64,000 bases of DNA from an uncultured Acetatifactor sp. (GTDB lineage: Bacteria > Bacillota > Clostridia > Lachnospirales > Lachnospiraceae): NCBI GenBank assembly GCA_964475665.1, contig CAYZAU010000011.1, positions 3,520 through 67,519 on the forward strand, written 5' to 3'. Each line of letters begins with the position of its first letter. Positions within the stretch are counted from its first letter, which is position 1. Positions 19,989-31,074 of this stretch are shown here, one piece after another. Made by a program: the position numbers and the translations under genes. The notes beneath the pieces were generated by a model. It did no database searches and was not told the origin of the DNA. It worked only from the letters and a program-made list of their open reading frames with translations.

Positions 19989-21683
19989 CTATTTCCGGTC
20001 AAAGACCCTTCCGGTGGGAAGCAGAGTGCTCTCATCCCCGGCATCCCCGGTCTGAACATATTCCACCATATGATCCTCATGCATGTATTTATAGAGAAGA
20101 TAACGCCGCTCGCGGTAATCACCCTCCTTGCAGTCAAAGACTGCATCGGATGCCGCTCCATCCAGAAGACGGTTGTAGGCTTCAGCCAAATCCTCATAGG
20201 AGACGGGTGCACCGGAAATCTGTAAATCGTGATGCTCGTTCAGTCCCTTGATAAACAGGATGGGATGCTGTCTGCCGCTGGCATTTTCGTCCCGCTGGGG
20301 AGTATTGACCGCATTCCCTGAGATATTATAGCCGTGGTCGGAGCAGACTAGGATGATGCTGTTGTCGTAAACTCCGGCTTCTTTAAGCTTTTCCAGATAG
20401 GCGATGGTCGTCGTCATGGAGGACTCGATGCAGGAGAAGTAGTCGGCATCCTCGGTTTCGTTTAAGTACCGGTCATAATAAAAGGGCACGTGCGCACCCA
20501 TCAGATGAAACAGCTTAAAGCGCTTTGCATCGGTGAAGGTGATTTCTTCGCTGTCAATGTCGTCATAAAACGATTTGTTCTTCCAGACAAAGAGCTCCTC
20601 GCTGCTTGCAGCCAGCTCCTGATGTCCGAGCTTAGCGGGGTCAAACCAGCAGAAGGGCTTCAACAGATACGGGGCGTATTTCATGCCCACCATCTTGAGC
20701 TGACGGGTGGCAAAAAGCTGCGGGTCGTGCAGGGTGGACTTGATGTAGGTCATGTTGTCAAATTCCCCCTCCATGGTTCCGACCTCGAACTGCAGCTCGT
20801 CATCATAAAGGCTTAAGGAGTAGCCCTCTGATTCCAGGCGGTTAAAAATGGGTGCGTCCCGATAAACCCGCATGGAATAGTCCTCATAGGGCTCCGTATT
20901 CTCGTACCATTCACCGGACAGCATCAGCGGGAGTGCATGGTCTGTATAGGCATAGCCGGTCATGGCATTGTCGTAAAAGGTAAAGTCAGCCATGGCAGCC
21001 TCGTATTCCGGGTGCTGCTCCCATATCTGCCAGAAGCATTCCTCGTCCACGGCATCCAGCAGCAGGATAATAAAGTTCTGTTCCGCGGACATCTCAAACT
21101 GATTGGTCTTGGTAAACTTCACATACTGCTTCTGGTCAAAAAGTCCGCCGTTGATGCCGATAACTGCCAGCGTGCTGAAAAGGATGGCAAAGAGAAAAAC
21201 GCTGACAGCTGATACCAGACGACGGAACTTCGCTGTTTTCAGAAGGAACAGAAGCACCCCGGTGAGAACGGCAAGAAGAAGCCAGCACACGGTGGAGCCG
21301 ATTGTCTCCGTGCGGTATGCCGCCCAGTTGATCTCGGTTCCGTCAAAGGGAGGAAGTCCCTTCACCCCGAAATTACCCTGAACATAGCAGCCGATAAAGC
21401 ACCAGAAATAGCATGCCAGCCCGAAATCATAAAATCTGTCTCCCAGCAGATACAGAACGCTAAAAGCGGCAAGACTCAGCAAAGAGAGTGCACAAAAGAA
21501 CCTGATGCAGACAGGGAACAGAAACCAGGCATCATACCAGAATTCCCCGGGATTGCTGAGATAAATTTCCAGCGGGGCAAATATCAATAACATAAATCCG
21601 ACAGACAGGGAAAGGAAAAAACCGGATTTCATCCGCCCCGGCATTCTGCCCCCGTCCCACCTTAGCTTCAGCTTTGCTTTCAT
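19989..21683 (-). CDS. Membrane-anchored alkaline phosphatase/sulfatase-superfamily protein (LtaS-like transferase)
   Basis: About five N-terminal TM segments; NFIILLLDAVD, YAYTDHALP (Thr nucleophile position), HLMGAHVPF, CSDHG; exact start uncertain. Confidence 0.72.
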   Translation of the reverse strand: MKAKLKLRWDGGRMPGRMKSGFFLSLSVGFMLLIFAPLEIYLSNPGEFWYDAWFLFPVCIRFFCALSLLSLAAFSVLYLLGDRFYDFGLACYFWCFIGCYVQGNFGVKGLPPFDGTEINWAAYRTETIGSTVCWLLLAVLTGVLLFLLKTAKFRRLVSAVSVFLFAILFSTLAVIGINGGLFDQKQYVKFTKTNQFEMSAEQNFIILLLDAVDEECFWQIWEQHPEYEAAMADFTFYDNAMTGYAYTDHALPLMLSGEWYENTEPYEDYSMRVYRDAPIFNRLESEGYSLSLYDDELQFEVGTMEGEFDNMTYIKSTLHDPQLFATRQLKMVGMKYAPYLLKPFCWFDPAKLGHQELAASSEELFVWKNKSFYDDIDSEEITFTDAKRFKLFHLMGAHVPFYYDRYLNETEDADYFSCIESSMTTTIAYLEKLKEAGVYDNSIILVCSDHGYNISGNAVNTPQRDENASGRQHPILFIKGLNEHHDLQISGAPVSYEDLAEAYNRLLDGAASDAVFDCKEGDYRERRYLLYKYMHEDHMVEYVQTGDAGDESTLLPTGRVFDRK

Positions 21684-21692
21684 GTCAGGCTC

Positions 21693-23168
21693 CTAATAAT
21701 TCTTTCTTGTGTTCTGGACAGGCTCACTGGTCAAATCCATGCCCAGACGCTTGAACATTTTGTTATCCACCTCGGAGAGCATGACGGAGGAGTGCACCTG
21801 ACAGCCTCTCAGGGCGGGAAGCTGCTCCAGAGCGCGTTTTGCGTTGTCGTCGTTGCAGGCAGCAAGCGTCAGTGCAATCAAAGCCTCATCTGTATGCAGA
21901 CGGGGATTTCTGCCGCCCAGATAGAGAACCTTCAGCTTCTGAATCGGTTCGATGGCATCCGGGCTGATAAGCCTTGTATCGTGCTCCACGCCCGCAAGAT
22001 ATTTCAGGGCATTCAGCAGAAGGGCAGCGGATGCCCCCAGAAAGTCCGAGGTCTTGGAGGTGATGATGTGCCCGTCTCCCAGCTCGATGGCAGCGGTCGG
22101 AATACCGAGTGCCTCCGCCCTTTCCTTGCAGGCAACCGTTACCCGGCGGTCATCCGTGGTAATCTTCGCCTGCTTCATGAGCAGCTCAATCTTGTATATC
22201 TCGTTCTGGGAGGCTTCCTCCTTGACCGCCTTGTTTAAGGCAGTGTAATAGCGTCGGATAATCTCCATGCGTGATGCCTCACAGCAGGCTTCGTCGTCGG
22301 TGATGCAGTTTCCCGCCATGTTGACACCCATGTCAGTAGGTGATTTATACGGATTTTCACCGTATATTCCCTCGAAGATTGCGTTCAACACGGGGAATAT
22401 CTCGATGTCACGGTTGTAGTTCACCGCCGTCTCCCCGTAAGCCTCCAGATGGAAGGGGTCAATCATGTTCACGTCGTTTAAGTCGGCGGTAGCCGCCTCA
22501 TACGCCAGATTGATGGGGTGCTTTAACGGAATATTCCAGATGGGGAAGGTCTCAAACTTCGCATAGCCTGCCTTGATTCCGCGCAGATTATCGTGGTAGA
22601 GCTGTGAGAGACAGGTTGCCATCTTACCGCTTCCGGGACCGGGGGCAGTGATGACGACCAGAGGTCTGGCGGTCTCGATGTAATCGTTCTTGCCATAGCC
22701 GTTTTCGCTAACAATCAGCGGGATGTTGGCGGGATAACCCTCGATGGTATAGTGAAGGTATACCCGGATATTTTTCTTTTCCAGCTTAGCCTTGAACTGG
22801 TCGGCGCTGTTCTGACCGGAGTAGTGGGTGATGACAACGCTTCCCACGTAGAGTCCCTTCTGCAGAAACTCCTCTCTTAAACGCAGTACGTCCACATCGT
22901 AGGTGATACCGAGGTCACCCCGGACTTTATTTTTCTCAATATCGGCAGCGCTGATGACAATGACGATTTCGGCGCAGTCCGACAGCTGCATCAGCATACG
23001 CAGCTTAGAGTCGGGAGCAAAGCCGGGAAGTACCCGGGAGGCGTGGTAGTCGTCGAAGAGCTTACCGCCGAATTCAAGGTAGAGCTTGTCGCCGAACTGG
23101 CTGATGCGCTCCTTGATGTGCTCAGACTGCATTTTAAGATACTTTTCGTTGTCGAAACCTGTTCTCAT
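21693..23168 (-). CDS. DUF1846 / UPF0371 family protein
   Basis: KLYLEFGGKLFDDYHASRVLPGF, TAPGPGSGKMATCLSQLYH, YAKFETFPIWN. Confidence 0.9.
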   Translation of the reverse strand: MRTGFDNEKYLKMQSEHIKERISQFGDKLYLEFGGKLFDDYHASRVLPGFAPDSKLRMLMQLSDCAEIVIVISAADIEKNKVRGDLGITYDVDVLRLREEFLQKGLYVGSVVITHYSGQNSADQFKAKLEKKNIRVYLHYTIEGYPANIPLIVSENGYGKNDYIETARPLVVITAPGPGSGKMATCLSQLYHDNLRGIKAGYAKFETFPIWNIPLKHPINLAYEAATADLNDVNMIDPFHLEAYGETAVNYNRDIEIFPVLNAIFEGIYGENPYKSPTDMGVNMAGNCITDDEACCEASRMEIIRRYYTALNKAVKEEASQNEIYKIELLMKQAKITTDDRRVTVACKERAEALGIPTAAIELGDGHIITSKTSDFLGASAALLLNALKYLAGVEHDTRLISPDAIEPIQKLKVLYLGGRNPRLHTDEALIALTLAACNDDNAKRALEQLPALRGCQVHSSVMLSEVDNKMFKRLGMDLTSEPVQNTRKNY

Positions 23169-23318
23169 GTTTTGCCTCTTTTCTCATGTTTGCGCCTTGG
23201 CGCGTTCTGTTCCGGGAGATAAACCACGGATTCTATTTTAGCACATATTCTGCCGGGTGCAATAGGAAACAGTTTAGAAATCTTTAATACTTGAAATGTT
23301 TTTTTCACATATAGGCTA

Positions 23319-23347
23319 TTGATTTATCATTTCTTAATCTCTATAAT
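23319..23347 (+). promoter_or_regulatory. SigA-type promoter of ftsH
   Basis: TTGATT-17 nt-TATAAT in an AT-rich divergent intergenic region. Confidence 0.65.
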
Positions 23348-23443
23348 AAAGTGACAAGTGTGAAGTGTGAAAAGAACTTCTAAAACGCAGGAGCGGCGTT
23401 TTTCCTAATGGTTTGAGTCGCCTGCGGCGGAATGGGGATTAGT

Positions 23444-25759
23444 ATGGACAACAATATGAACAGGAACGATAACAACGGAGGACAGAACAACAGAAATCAG
23501 CCGCCGAAAAAGCCGAGTATCATGATGCTGATTCTGGCGGGACTGAGCACCCTGCTGCTTGTATATATCATGTGGACATGGCTGTTCGGGACGGGTACCT
23601 CCGGTGACACGGTCAGCTATACACATTTTCTGGAGGATATTGAGGCAGACCGGGTGGAGGCTGTGGAGGTACAGAGCACAGGCGAGATATATTACATTCT
23701 GAAGGAAGAGGCACAGGAGCAGGAGGATACGGGGCTGAATCTGCCGGGTCTGTTCGCCTTCAGCGGGCAGGGCTTATCCGTACAGAGGCAGTATGTGACG
23801 GTTCTCATGGAGGATTTGGACACCCTGACGGCACGTCTTGAGGAGCATCAGATTGACGGCGAGAGAATTCTGGCAAGTAATTCCAAGCTCTTTGACATCA
23901 TTGTGGGACTGGTGCTGCCGGTACTTCTGATGTGGCTGCTGCTAGGCTTTATGTTCCGCAAGATGGGCGGCTCCGGCGGACCGATGGGCGTCGGAAAGAA
24001 CAATGCCAAGGTATATGTGCAGAAGGAGACGGGAGTTACCTTTAAGGATGTGGCAGGCGAGGATGAGGCGAAGGAATCCCTGGTGGAGGTCGTGGATTTC
24101 CTGCATAATCCGGGGAAATACTCCAAGATTGGTGCGAGACTGCCGAAGGGAGCGCTTCTGGTGGGACCTCCCGGAACGGGAAAGACCCTGCTCGCGAAGG
24201 CGGTGGCAGGTGAGGCACACGTACCGTTTTTCTCCCTGACGGGTTCGGATTTCATTGAGCTTTATGTGGGTGTGGGTGCAAGCCGGGTGAGAGACTTGTT
24301 CCGGGAGGCGACAAAGAATGCTCCCTGTATCATATTCATCGATGAGATTGATGCCATCGGGCGGAGCCGTGATTCCAAGTACGGTGGCGGGAACGAGGAG
24401 CGTGAGCAGACGCTGAACCAGCTTTTGTCAGAGATGGACGGCTTTGACAGCTCGAAGGGCATTCTGATTCTGGGAGCAACAAACCGTCCGGAGATTCTGG
24501 ACAAGGCGCTGCTTCGTCCGGGACGCTTTGACAGGCGGATTATTGTGGATAAACCTGATTTGAAGGGTCGGGCGGAGATTCTGAAGGTGCACGCGAAGGA
24601 TGTCAAGATGGACGAATCCGTGGATTTGGATGCCATTGCACTGGCAACGAGCGGCGCTGTAGGCTCCGACCTTGCGAACATGATAAATGAGGCGGCAATC
24701 AACGCGGTAAAGGAAGGCAGGGCTTATGTGAGCCAGAAGGATTTGTTTGACGCAGTTGAGGTCGTTTTAGTGGGCAAGGAGAAAAAGGACCGCATCATGA
24801 GCAGGGAGGAGAGAAGGATTGTTTCCTATCATGAGGTTGGGCACGCACTGATTAGCGCGCTGCAGAAGAACTCTGAGCCGGTGCAGAAGATTACCATTGT
24901 GCCCCGTACCATGGGAGCACTTGGCTATGTAATGCACGTTCCCGAGGAGGAAAAGTTCCTGAATACGGAGGCGGAGCTCCGTGATATGCTGGTGAGCCTG
25001 GTAGGCGGACGTGCAGCCGAGGAGGTTGTCTTTGATACGGTGACGACAGGCGCGGCGAATGACATTGAGAAGGCTACCGACATCGCCAGAAACATGGTGA
25101 CGAGATACGGCATGAGCAGACGCTTCGGGCTGGTGGGGCTTGCCACCGTCGAGAGCCAGTATCTGGAGGGAAGGACTGCGTTAAACTGCAGCGATGCCAC
25201 GGCGGCAGAGATTGACACCGAGGTGGTTGCAATCCTGAAGGAGAGCTATGACAAGGCACTGGAGCTGCTGCGGGAAAACAGAGAGGTCATGGATAAGCTG
25301 GCGGAGTTTTTGATAGAGAAGGAGACCATTACAGGAAAGCAGTTTATGGAAATCTTCCGTAGGGAGAAGGGTATTCCCGAGCCGGAGGAGAAGAAGCCGG
25401 AAGCAGCCGGGGACGAGGCACAGGACGGTACGACACAGTGCGACGGTTCGTCAGACGACGCGGTAAAGAGTGACAGCACGACAGACGCGCGACAGGGAGG
25501 CGGCGCAGAAGCAGCCGGGGACGAGGCACAGGACGGTACAGCGCAGTGCGACGGCGCGACGGACGGGGCGGAACAGTGCGCAGGCGCGCGACAGGAAAGC
25601 GGTGCAGCACAGAGAGAAAACAGTGCAGCACAGAGAGAAAACAGTGCCGCGCAGGCGGAGAGCGGTGCGCAAGCAGCTGAGGAAGCGGCGAAGAATAACA
25701 CAGCGCAGCAGGAGGACAACCGACCGGTCGGCAGATTCTCCAATGGAAGAGTAGATTGA
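23444..25759 (+). CDS. ftsH: ATP-dependent zinc metalloprotease FtsH with repeat-expanded acidic C-terminal tail
   Basis: Two TM; Walker A GPPGTGKT, Walker [27 protein letters not shown] zinc motif. Confidence 0.96.
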   Translation: MDNNMNRNDNNGGQNNRNQPPKKPSIMMLILAGLSTLLLVYIMWTWLFGTGTSGDTVSYTHFLEDIEADRVEAVEVQSTGEIYYILKEEAQEQEDTGLNLPGLFAFSGQGLSVQRQYVTVLMEDLDTLTARLEEHQIDGERILASNSKLFDIIVGLVLPVLLMWLLLGFMFRKMGGSGGPMGVGKNNAKVYVQKETGVTFKDVAGEDEAKESLVEVVDFLHNPGKYSKIGARLPKGALLVGPPGTGKTLLAKAVAGEAHVPFFSLTGSDFIELYVGVGASRVRDLFREATKNAPCIIFIDEIDAIGRSRDSKYGGGNEEREQTLNQLLSEMDGFDSSKGILILGATNRPEILDKALLRPGRFDRRIIVDKPDLKGRAEILKVHAKDVKMDESVDLDAIALATSGAVGSDLANMINEAAINAVKEGRAYVSQKDLFDAVEVVLVGKEKKDRIMSREERRIVSYHEVGHALISALQKNSEPVQKITIVPRTMGALGYVMHVPEEEKFLNTEAELRDMLVSLVGGRAAEEVVFDTVTTGAANDIEKATDIARNMVTRYGMSRRFGLVGLATVESQYLEGRTALNCSDATAAEIDTEVVAILKESYDKALELLRENREVMDKLAEFLIEKETITGKQFMEIFRREKGIPEPEEKKPEAAGDEAQDGTTQCDGSSDDAVKSDSTTDARQGGGAEAAGDEAQDGTAQCDGATDGAEQCAGARQESGAAQRENSAAQRENSAAQAESGAQAAEEAAKNNTAQQEDNRPVGRFSNGRVD
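25400..25670 (+). repeat. Intragenic repeats in the ftsH 3' end (108-bp period duplication + 21-bp tandem x ~3)
   Basis: 32-bp identical block GAAGCAGCCGGGGACGAGGCACAGGACGGTAC at 25400 and 25508; GTGCAGCACAGAGAGAAAACA at 25602 and 25623 plus a degenerate third copy. Confidence 0.9.
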
Positions 25760-25817
25760 GACAGAGTGCACAGGACACGCAGCGAGGCGGATTTTCCGAT
25801 TGCCATTGTTGACGTTG

Positions 25818-25846
25818 TTGACAGAGGCGCGAAACGAGGTTATGAT
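25818..25846 (+). promoter_or_regulatory. SigA-type promoter of the zinc-ribbon/ABC-2 locus
   Basis: TTGACA-17 nt-TATGAT. Confidence 0.7.
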
Positions 25847-25935
25847 ACAAGAAATGTGTGCGCCTTTCCTGACGGCTTTTTGGAAGGGAAGAGACGGCAT
25901 ACCAATAAGATGAGTATTTTGAGGGAGGACAAAAG

Positions 25936-27834
25936 ATGTTTTGTGAAAAGTGCGGGGCAGAAATGCTCGAAAATGATGTGTTCTGCGCGTCCTGCGGATG
26001 GAAGGTATCAGAGCCGGGAGCTCCCACACCGGGAGTGAATCCCATCCCTGAGGCGGGTGGTGTCGGATATGTACCTCCGCAGCCGCCGATGAAGATGAAG
26101 AGGAAGCTTGCGCTGTCCATGCCGGTGCTGGTGGGAGGAGCGGCAGCGCTGCTCATCGTGCTGGTGGTTGCGCTGAACTGGGCTTCACTGGGCAACTTCT
26201 TTAAAAAGACCTTCTCCTCACCGGAGAAGTATTATCAGTGGGTGGAGAAGGGCACTGCCGAGGATGCGGCAGCCATGGTGTCAAATATCTACGCGGATTA
26301 TCTGCTGGAGTCACTGAACGTGCGTGACATGGGAGGAAGCGTGTCCGTCAACCTGAAGGTAGGCGAGGAAGGACAGGATGCCATTGACAGTCTTGCGGGT
26401 CTTGCCGGACTTGGCAGAATGGATTTTTCCTGGCTGGAGGATGTGACCCTTTCCGGCGAGTGGTGCTCCAAGGATGACGTGTTACAGGGGATTCTGGGAC
26501 TGACTGTCGGGAAAACACAGCTGCTTTCTCTGGATGCCATCGTGGATGCAGAGGGAGAGGCGGCATATCTGGCAATCCCGGAGCTTTCCTCGATGTACAT
26601 CGGCGTGGAGGCGGACGAGATTGGCGATTTAGAGGATGTTCTGGAGGAAATAGCCGATAATGCGGAGGACATGGAGGCGTTTGTTAAGGCACTGCCGGAG
26701 CAGAAGCAGCTGGCGAAGCTGATAGAGAAGTATATTGAGACCGCGCTGGGAAGCGTGGAGGATGTCGAGATAAAGAAGGGCAAGACCGTGAAGGCGGAGG
26801 GCATCAGTCAGAAGTGCACGATGCTTGAGGTTTCGCTGGACGGTGATGTCCTGGAGGATATGCTGAAGGCAGTCTTTGAGAAAATGGAGGACGACAAGGA
26901 CTTAGAGAAGATGTTCGTCAAGGCATGGGATGCCCTCAGTGAGATAGACGGTCTCTATCTGTATGGCATGGACGGCGACGATGCCTGGGAGGAAATTCAG
27001 GAGCTGTGCAAGGAGGCAAAAAGGGGAATTAAGATGTCCTCCGACTTCGATTTGACCATGAAGGTTTACGTGGACGGAAAGGGCAACATTCGGGGAAGAA
27101 GCTTTGAATATAGTGACCGCTACAATGATGCGGTAACGGTTGAGCTGCTGAACCCTCATAAGGGAAACAGGTTCGGTTACAGGCTTGCCGTATCGGGAGA
27201 CGGCAATGAGATTGCCCTCACGGGAACCGGAAAGAACTCCGGCGGAACCGTAAGCGGTGACTTTACGTTTGAGGGCACGATTGAAGGTCGGAGTGCAGAG
27301 GTTTTGGACGTTCATGCGGAGAAGTTCGACGTGGATGCCCTGAAACAGGGTGAGCTTAAGGGGGTGTTTACCATGAAGGCAGGCTCCGGCTTGAAGATGC
27401 TGACGAACCTCTACGGCAGCTATAACTATTATGATGCGGCAACCTCACTTCTGCTTTCCGCTCTGGAGGATTTGGAGGTGACGCTGGACGTTGAGGCAGC
27501 CGGAAAGTCAGCAAGGATAGGTGTTGCGCTGGCTTCTGACGGGGATAGTCTGGGAAGTCTTACCGTAGCCGCTGAGAAGACCTCCGGCAAGAAGATTTCC
27601 GTTCCCTCCGGCAAGAATGCAGTCTTTGTGGAGGATGCGGATGCCTTTGAGGACTACTGGGATTCCATTAAGTGGGACAACGTAATCAAGGCGCTGGAAA
27701 AGACTGCTCTGCCCGATGAGCTTGTAGATATCCTCGAGGATGTGTCGGATATGGACTTTGACGAGTTTGCAGAGTGGATTTATTACGGCGGCTTCGCCAG
27801 GGACATCATGCGGATGATTCCGCTCTACTATTAA
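25936..27834 (+). CDS. Zinc-ribbon membrane protein with large acidic extracytoplasmic domain, function unknown
   Basis: MFCEKCG...FCASCG zinc ribbon, Pro-rich linker, single TM, ~550-aa Asp/Glu-rich domain; SD GGGAGG. Confidence 0.8.
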   Translation: MFCEKCGAEMLENDVFCASCGWKVSEPGAPTPGVNPIPEAGGVGYVPPQPPMKMKRKLALSMPVLVGGAAALLIVLVVALNWASLGNFFKKTFSSPEKYYQWVEKGTAEDAAAMVSNIYADYLLESLNVRDMGGSVSVNLKVGEEGQDAIDSLAGLAGLGRMDFSWLEDVTLSGEWCSKDDVLQGILGLTVGKTQLLSLDAIVDAEGEAAYLAIPELSSMYIGVEADEIGDLEDVLEEIADNAEDMEAFVKALPEQKQLAKLIEKYIETALGSVEDVEIKKGKTVKAEGISQKCTMLEVSLDGDVLEDMLKAVFEKMEDDKDLEKMFVKAWDALSEIDGLYLYGMDGDDAWEEIQELCKEAKRGIKMSSDFDLTMKVYVDGKGNIRGRSFEYSDRYNDAVTVELLNPHKGNRFGYRLAVSGDGNEIALTGTGKNSGGTVSGDFTFEGTIEGRSAEVLDVHAEKFDVDALKQGELKGVFTMKAGSGLKMLTNLYGSYNYYDAATSLLLSALEDLEVTLDVEAAGKSARIGVALASDGDSLGSLTVAAEKTSGKKISVPSGKNAVFVEDADAFEDYWDSIKWDNVIKALEKTALPDELVDILEDVSDMDFDEFAEWIYYGGFARDIMRMIPLYY

Positions 27835-27940
27835 AGTAACAGCACTTTCGAGCAGCCGCTTCTTATTACGGTTCGGTTACTAAGCGATAATGTTCTCATG
27901 CGGGAACAACGTTCCCATAAGGAACGGGAAAGCAAGAAGC

Positions 27941-28606
27941 ATGATAGAAATAAACAGAGTTTCAAAGAGCTATAGACAAAAGAACGTTCTGAAAGAGATT
28001 ACTCTGACGGTGCGGGAGGGGAGCTGTGTGGGAATCCTCGGCGGCAATGGCAGCGGGAAATCCACACTCCTTTCCATCCTCGCGGGAGTGCAGAGGGCAG
28101 ACAGCGGTTCCTTCCTTTGGGAGGGAGCCGATTTGTTTTGCAATGAGACAGTCCGGACAGGGTGTCTGGGCTATGTGCCGCAGGGAAATCCGCTGATGGA
28201 GGAGCTGACCGCATGGGATAACCTCCGTCTCTGGTACGGAAGGAAGGAGCTGAAGCATGAGCTGCAGGAGGGTGTGCTTGCCATGCTGGGAATCGGTGAG
28301 TTCATCAAAGTGCCCGTGCGCAGGATGTCAGGAGGGATGAAGAAGCGCCTTTCCATCGGCTGCTCCATGGCAAATCACCCGAGGCTGCTTCTTTTGGACG
28401 AGCCCTCTGCCGCACTGGATTTTGTCTGCAAGGAGCAGATTGCCGACTACCTTAGAAGGTTCAAGGAGGGCGGCGGTACTGTGCTTTTGGCAACCCATGA
28501 TGTTCAGGAGCTGGAGCTGTGTGACGCCTGGTATATCCTTAAGGACGGCGTCCTTATGCCCTATGTGTATGACGGAGACATTCATCAGCTGGTGGGAAGA
28601 CTATAG
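27941..28606 (+). CDS. ABC transporter ATP-binding protein (ABC-2/exporter type)
   Basis: GGNGSGKST, MSGGMKKR, LLLDEPS, ATH. Confidence 0.92.
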   Translation: MIEINRVSKSYRQKNVLKEITLTVREGSCVGILGGNGSGKSTLLSILAGVQRADSGSFLWEGADLFCNETVRTGCLGYVPQGNPLMEELTAWDNLRLWYGRKELKHELQEGVLAMLGIGEFIKVPVRRMSGGMKKRLSIGCSMANHPRLLLLDEPSAALDFVCKEQIADYLRRFKEGGGTVLLATHDVQELELCDAWYILKDGVLMPYVYDGDIHQLVGRL

Positions 28607-28615
28607 GGGTGAGCT

Positions 28616-29887
28616 ATGGGAAAAAACAGGACTGACCCGGGGGCGCATCTGCGCATACCGCAGCTCGGGAGATATATGTCGGCGCAGCTGAAGCGAATCT
28701 GCAGGGTACTTCCCTTTGTGCTTGGGATGTCGATTCTGATGGCGGCGGGTATCCTGCTTGTCGCAGTTTCCATGCAGCAGTCGGGCAGCAGTGCGGATAA
28801 GAGCAGAAGCCAGAAGGTAAAAATTGCATTATCCGGTGACACCCAGGATCCGTATCTGCGGCTTGGCATCCTCTTTTTACAGCAGATGAAGGATGTGAGG
28901 TACTCGGTCGAGATTGAGATAATGTCCGAGGAAGAGGCAAGGAGGGAGCTGCGTGCGGGGAATATCTCGGCGTATGTTCTGATTCCGGAGGACTTTGCGG
29001 AGGCGGTGTACCGAAACGAGGATGTGGAGCTTGTTTATGCCACCACAAATGACACGGCGGGTGTCGGCTCCATTGTCATGAATGAGCTGATGGAGATGAT
29101 ATCAGTGATGGTAAAGAAGACCCAGAATGCCATTTCGGTGCTCTGGCGGCTGATGCCGGAGTACGGCGTGGAGGGGGACTATAACGCCATCACGGACGAG
29201 CTGGCTCTGCGCATGGTAAGGCTGGTTCTGCAAAGAGGAGATTTTTATCAGTTTGCACAGTATGGAGAAGGGGACGGACCATCCCTGAAGGGCTATTATT
29301 GTGTTGCCCTGCTGGTGCTGTTTCTGCTTCTCTGGGGCATCACGGGGAGCAGTCTTTTTGTGCGGCGGGATATGGCACTGCCAAAGCTTCTTAAGGCAAG
29401 GGGGCAGTCTGCCTCTGCCCAGATAACCGCGGAATACGCGGCATATTTTCTGTTGATGCTGGGAAGTATGTTTCTGATGCTTCTGCCCGTGAAATGTGCG
29501 ATGTCCGTGGCGGGGATCACGATTGAGGAATGCCAGGGGGCAAAGCTTTTCCTTTTGTGGGTGAGGATGATTCCGGCAGCGGCGCTGCTTGCCGCCATGC
29601 AGTTCTTTCTGTACGAGCTGACAACGGACATGATTAGCGGCATATTGCTGCAGTTTCTGACGGGCATTGCTCTGGGCTATCTGTCAGGCTGTATTTATCC
29701 AATCAGCTTTTTCCCGAAAAGCATACAGTCTCTTGCGCCCCTGCTGCCCTCCGGTGCTGCCGTGCAGTACGGTGCGGCTTGCCTTGGAGGTCATGCGGAC
29801 GGAGGGGCACTTGCGGTGATGATTCTGTATCTTGTTCTGTTTTTTGCCCTGTCAGTGCTGGTCAGGGAACGGAGGACAAAGGCATGA
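28616..29887 (+). CDS. ABC-2 type permease with large extracellular loop
   Basis: One N-terminal TM, soluble loop, five C-terminal TM; YLSGCIYPISFFPKSIQSLAPLLP motif. Confidence 0.82.
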   Translation: MGKNRTDPGAHLRIPQLGRYMSAQLKRICRVLPFVLGMSILMAAGILLVAVSMQQSGSSADKSRSQKVKIALSGDTQDPYLRLGILFLQQMKDVRYSVEIEIMSEEEARRELRAGNISAYVLIPEDFAEAVYRNEDVELVYATTNDTAGVGSIVMNELMEMISVMVKKTQNAISVLWRLMPEYGVEGDYNAITDELALRMVRLVLQRGDFYQFAQYGEGDGPSLKGYYCVALLVLFLLLWGITGSSLFVRRDMALPKLLKARGQSASAQITAEYAAYFLLMLGSMFLMLLPVKCAMSVAGITIEECQGAKLFLLWVRMIPAAALLAAMQFFLYELTTDMISGILLQFLTGIALGYLSGCIYPISFFPKSIQSLAPLLPSGAAVQYGAACLGGHADGGALAVMILYLVLFFALSVLVRERRTKA

Positions 29888-31074
29888 GGAGGGTAAGGAA
29901 GGCAGCTTGGTTTTACTGTTTGCTAAGCAAGCGTTTTTTCAAAAAGCTCAGCTTTGTATTTTTGCTCTGTGCGGTACCGCTGGTGGTGCTGGGATTCCAG
30001 GGAGCAGCCTCCGGAGAGAGCGGCGTGCTGAGGATTTTACTCTTTACGGAGGAGCCGGAGGATGAGGCCGCACGGGAGATAGTGGAACGGATTCTGGAAG
30101 AGGAGAGCGTGATATATTATGCGCGTGCTGAGGGTCTGGAGGAGGCAAAGGAGCAGCTCCTTGCCAAAGAGGCGGATGCAGTCGTGATATTCCGCAGCGG
30201 TTTTCAGGAGAGGACTAAGAAGCTTCTGGACAGGATAAACAGGTCGGACGGGCAGGAGGGAACATGGGACGATGAGGAAGAAAGCCCGATACTGATATTA
30301 CGGCGGGAGGAGAATGTACTGATGCAGCTGTCCGGCTTCAAGCTGCTTGCCTCGCTTTATCCCGGCTTTTCTGCCTCTGTTTACGAGGATTTTCTGCTGA
30401 ATGAGCTGGGCCTGGAGGGAAAGCTTACAAGGGAGGAGATTGCCCGGATTTACGAGAGCTCGGATAACGGGGGGAGACTGTTTCGCATGGATTACCAGGC
30501 GACAGGTGCACTTCCTGAGGAGACGGACGGCAACTATATGACGGCACCCTTAAGGGGACTGCTTTCGCTGCTGGTGATTCTGAGCGGTTTTGCCGCGGAT
30601 ATGTTCTTCATGCAGGATGAGAGGAGAGGGATGCTGGACGGCGTCTGCCTGCGGGAAAGACGAAGAAGGGTATATGTATACCAGCTTGCGGCGATGGTGC
30701 CGGTGGCATCGGCGGTCTGGCTGGCGCTGTATCTGACGGGAGATACAGGGTCTGTCGGAAGGGAAGTGCTGCTTATGGCACTGTATCTGGCAGATTGCAT
30801 GGTGTTCTGCAATCTGGGAAGAATGCTTTGCGGGAGGGCGGAACGTCTCGGAGCCTGCCTGCCGCTGCTGATGCTGGGACTTTTGCTGTTTTCACCCATT
30901 TTTCTGACGCTGAGGCGTCTGAGGGCGGTGCAGCTTCTTCTGCCGCCTTTTTACTACCTGAGCACGTTGCGGACGGGAGAATGGACGGCAGCGATGGTGC
31001 TGTATGCCGGAATCGGATTTGCGGTGAATACAATACTGGGGAGGCTTGCGGAGAAGAGGAATGTTTCACTTTGA
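29884..31074 (+). CDS. ABC-2 type permease with large extracellular loop
   Basis: ATGA overlap with previous gene; SD GGAGG; same 1+5 TM topology. Confidence 0.8.
   Translation: MRRVRKAAWFYCLLSKRFFKKLSFVFLLCAVPLVVLGFQGAASGESGVLRILLFTEEPEDEAAREIVERILEEESVIYYARAEGLEEAKEQLLAKEADAVVIFRSGFQERTKKLLDRINRSDGQEGTWDDEEESPILILRREENVLMQLSGFKLLASLYPGFSASVYEDFLLNELGLEGKLTREEIARIYESSDNGGRLFRMDYQATGALPEETDGNYMTAPLRGLLSLLVILSGFAADMFFMQDERRGMLDGVCLRERRRRVYVYQLAAMVPVASAVWLALYLTGDTGSVGREVLLMALYLADCMVFCNLGRMLCGRAERLGACLPLLMLGLLLFSPIFLTLRRLRAVQLLLPPFYYLSTLRTGEWTAAMVLYAGIGFAVNTILGRLAEKRNVSL

Noticed and set aside
23238-23263. CIRCE-like TTAGCAC...GTGCAA upstream of ftsH
   Set aside because: Spacing and inner bases do not fit TTAGCACTC-N9-GAGTGCTAA; better explained as the minus-strand promoter TTGCAC-16 nt-TAAAAT of the DUF1846 gene
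27835-27930. Short inverted repeats (AGTAAC/GTTACT; GGGAAC/GTTCCC) before the ABC ATPase
   Set aside because: Stems are short or imperfect and have no second copy in the window; insufficient support for an element
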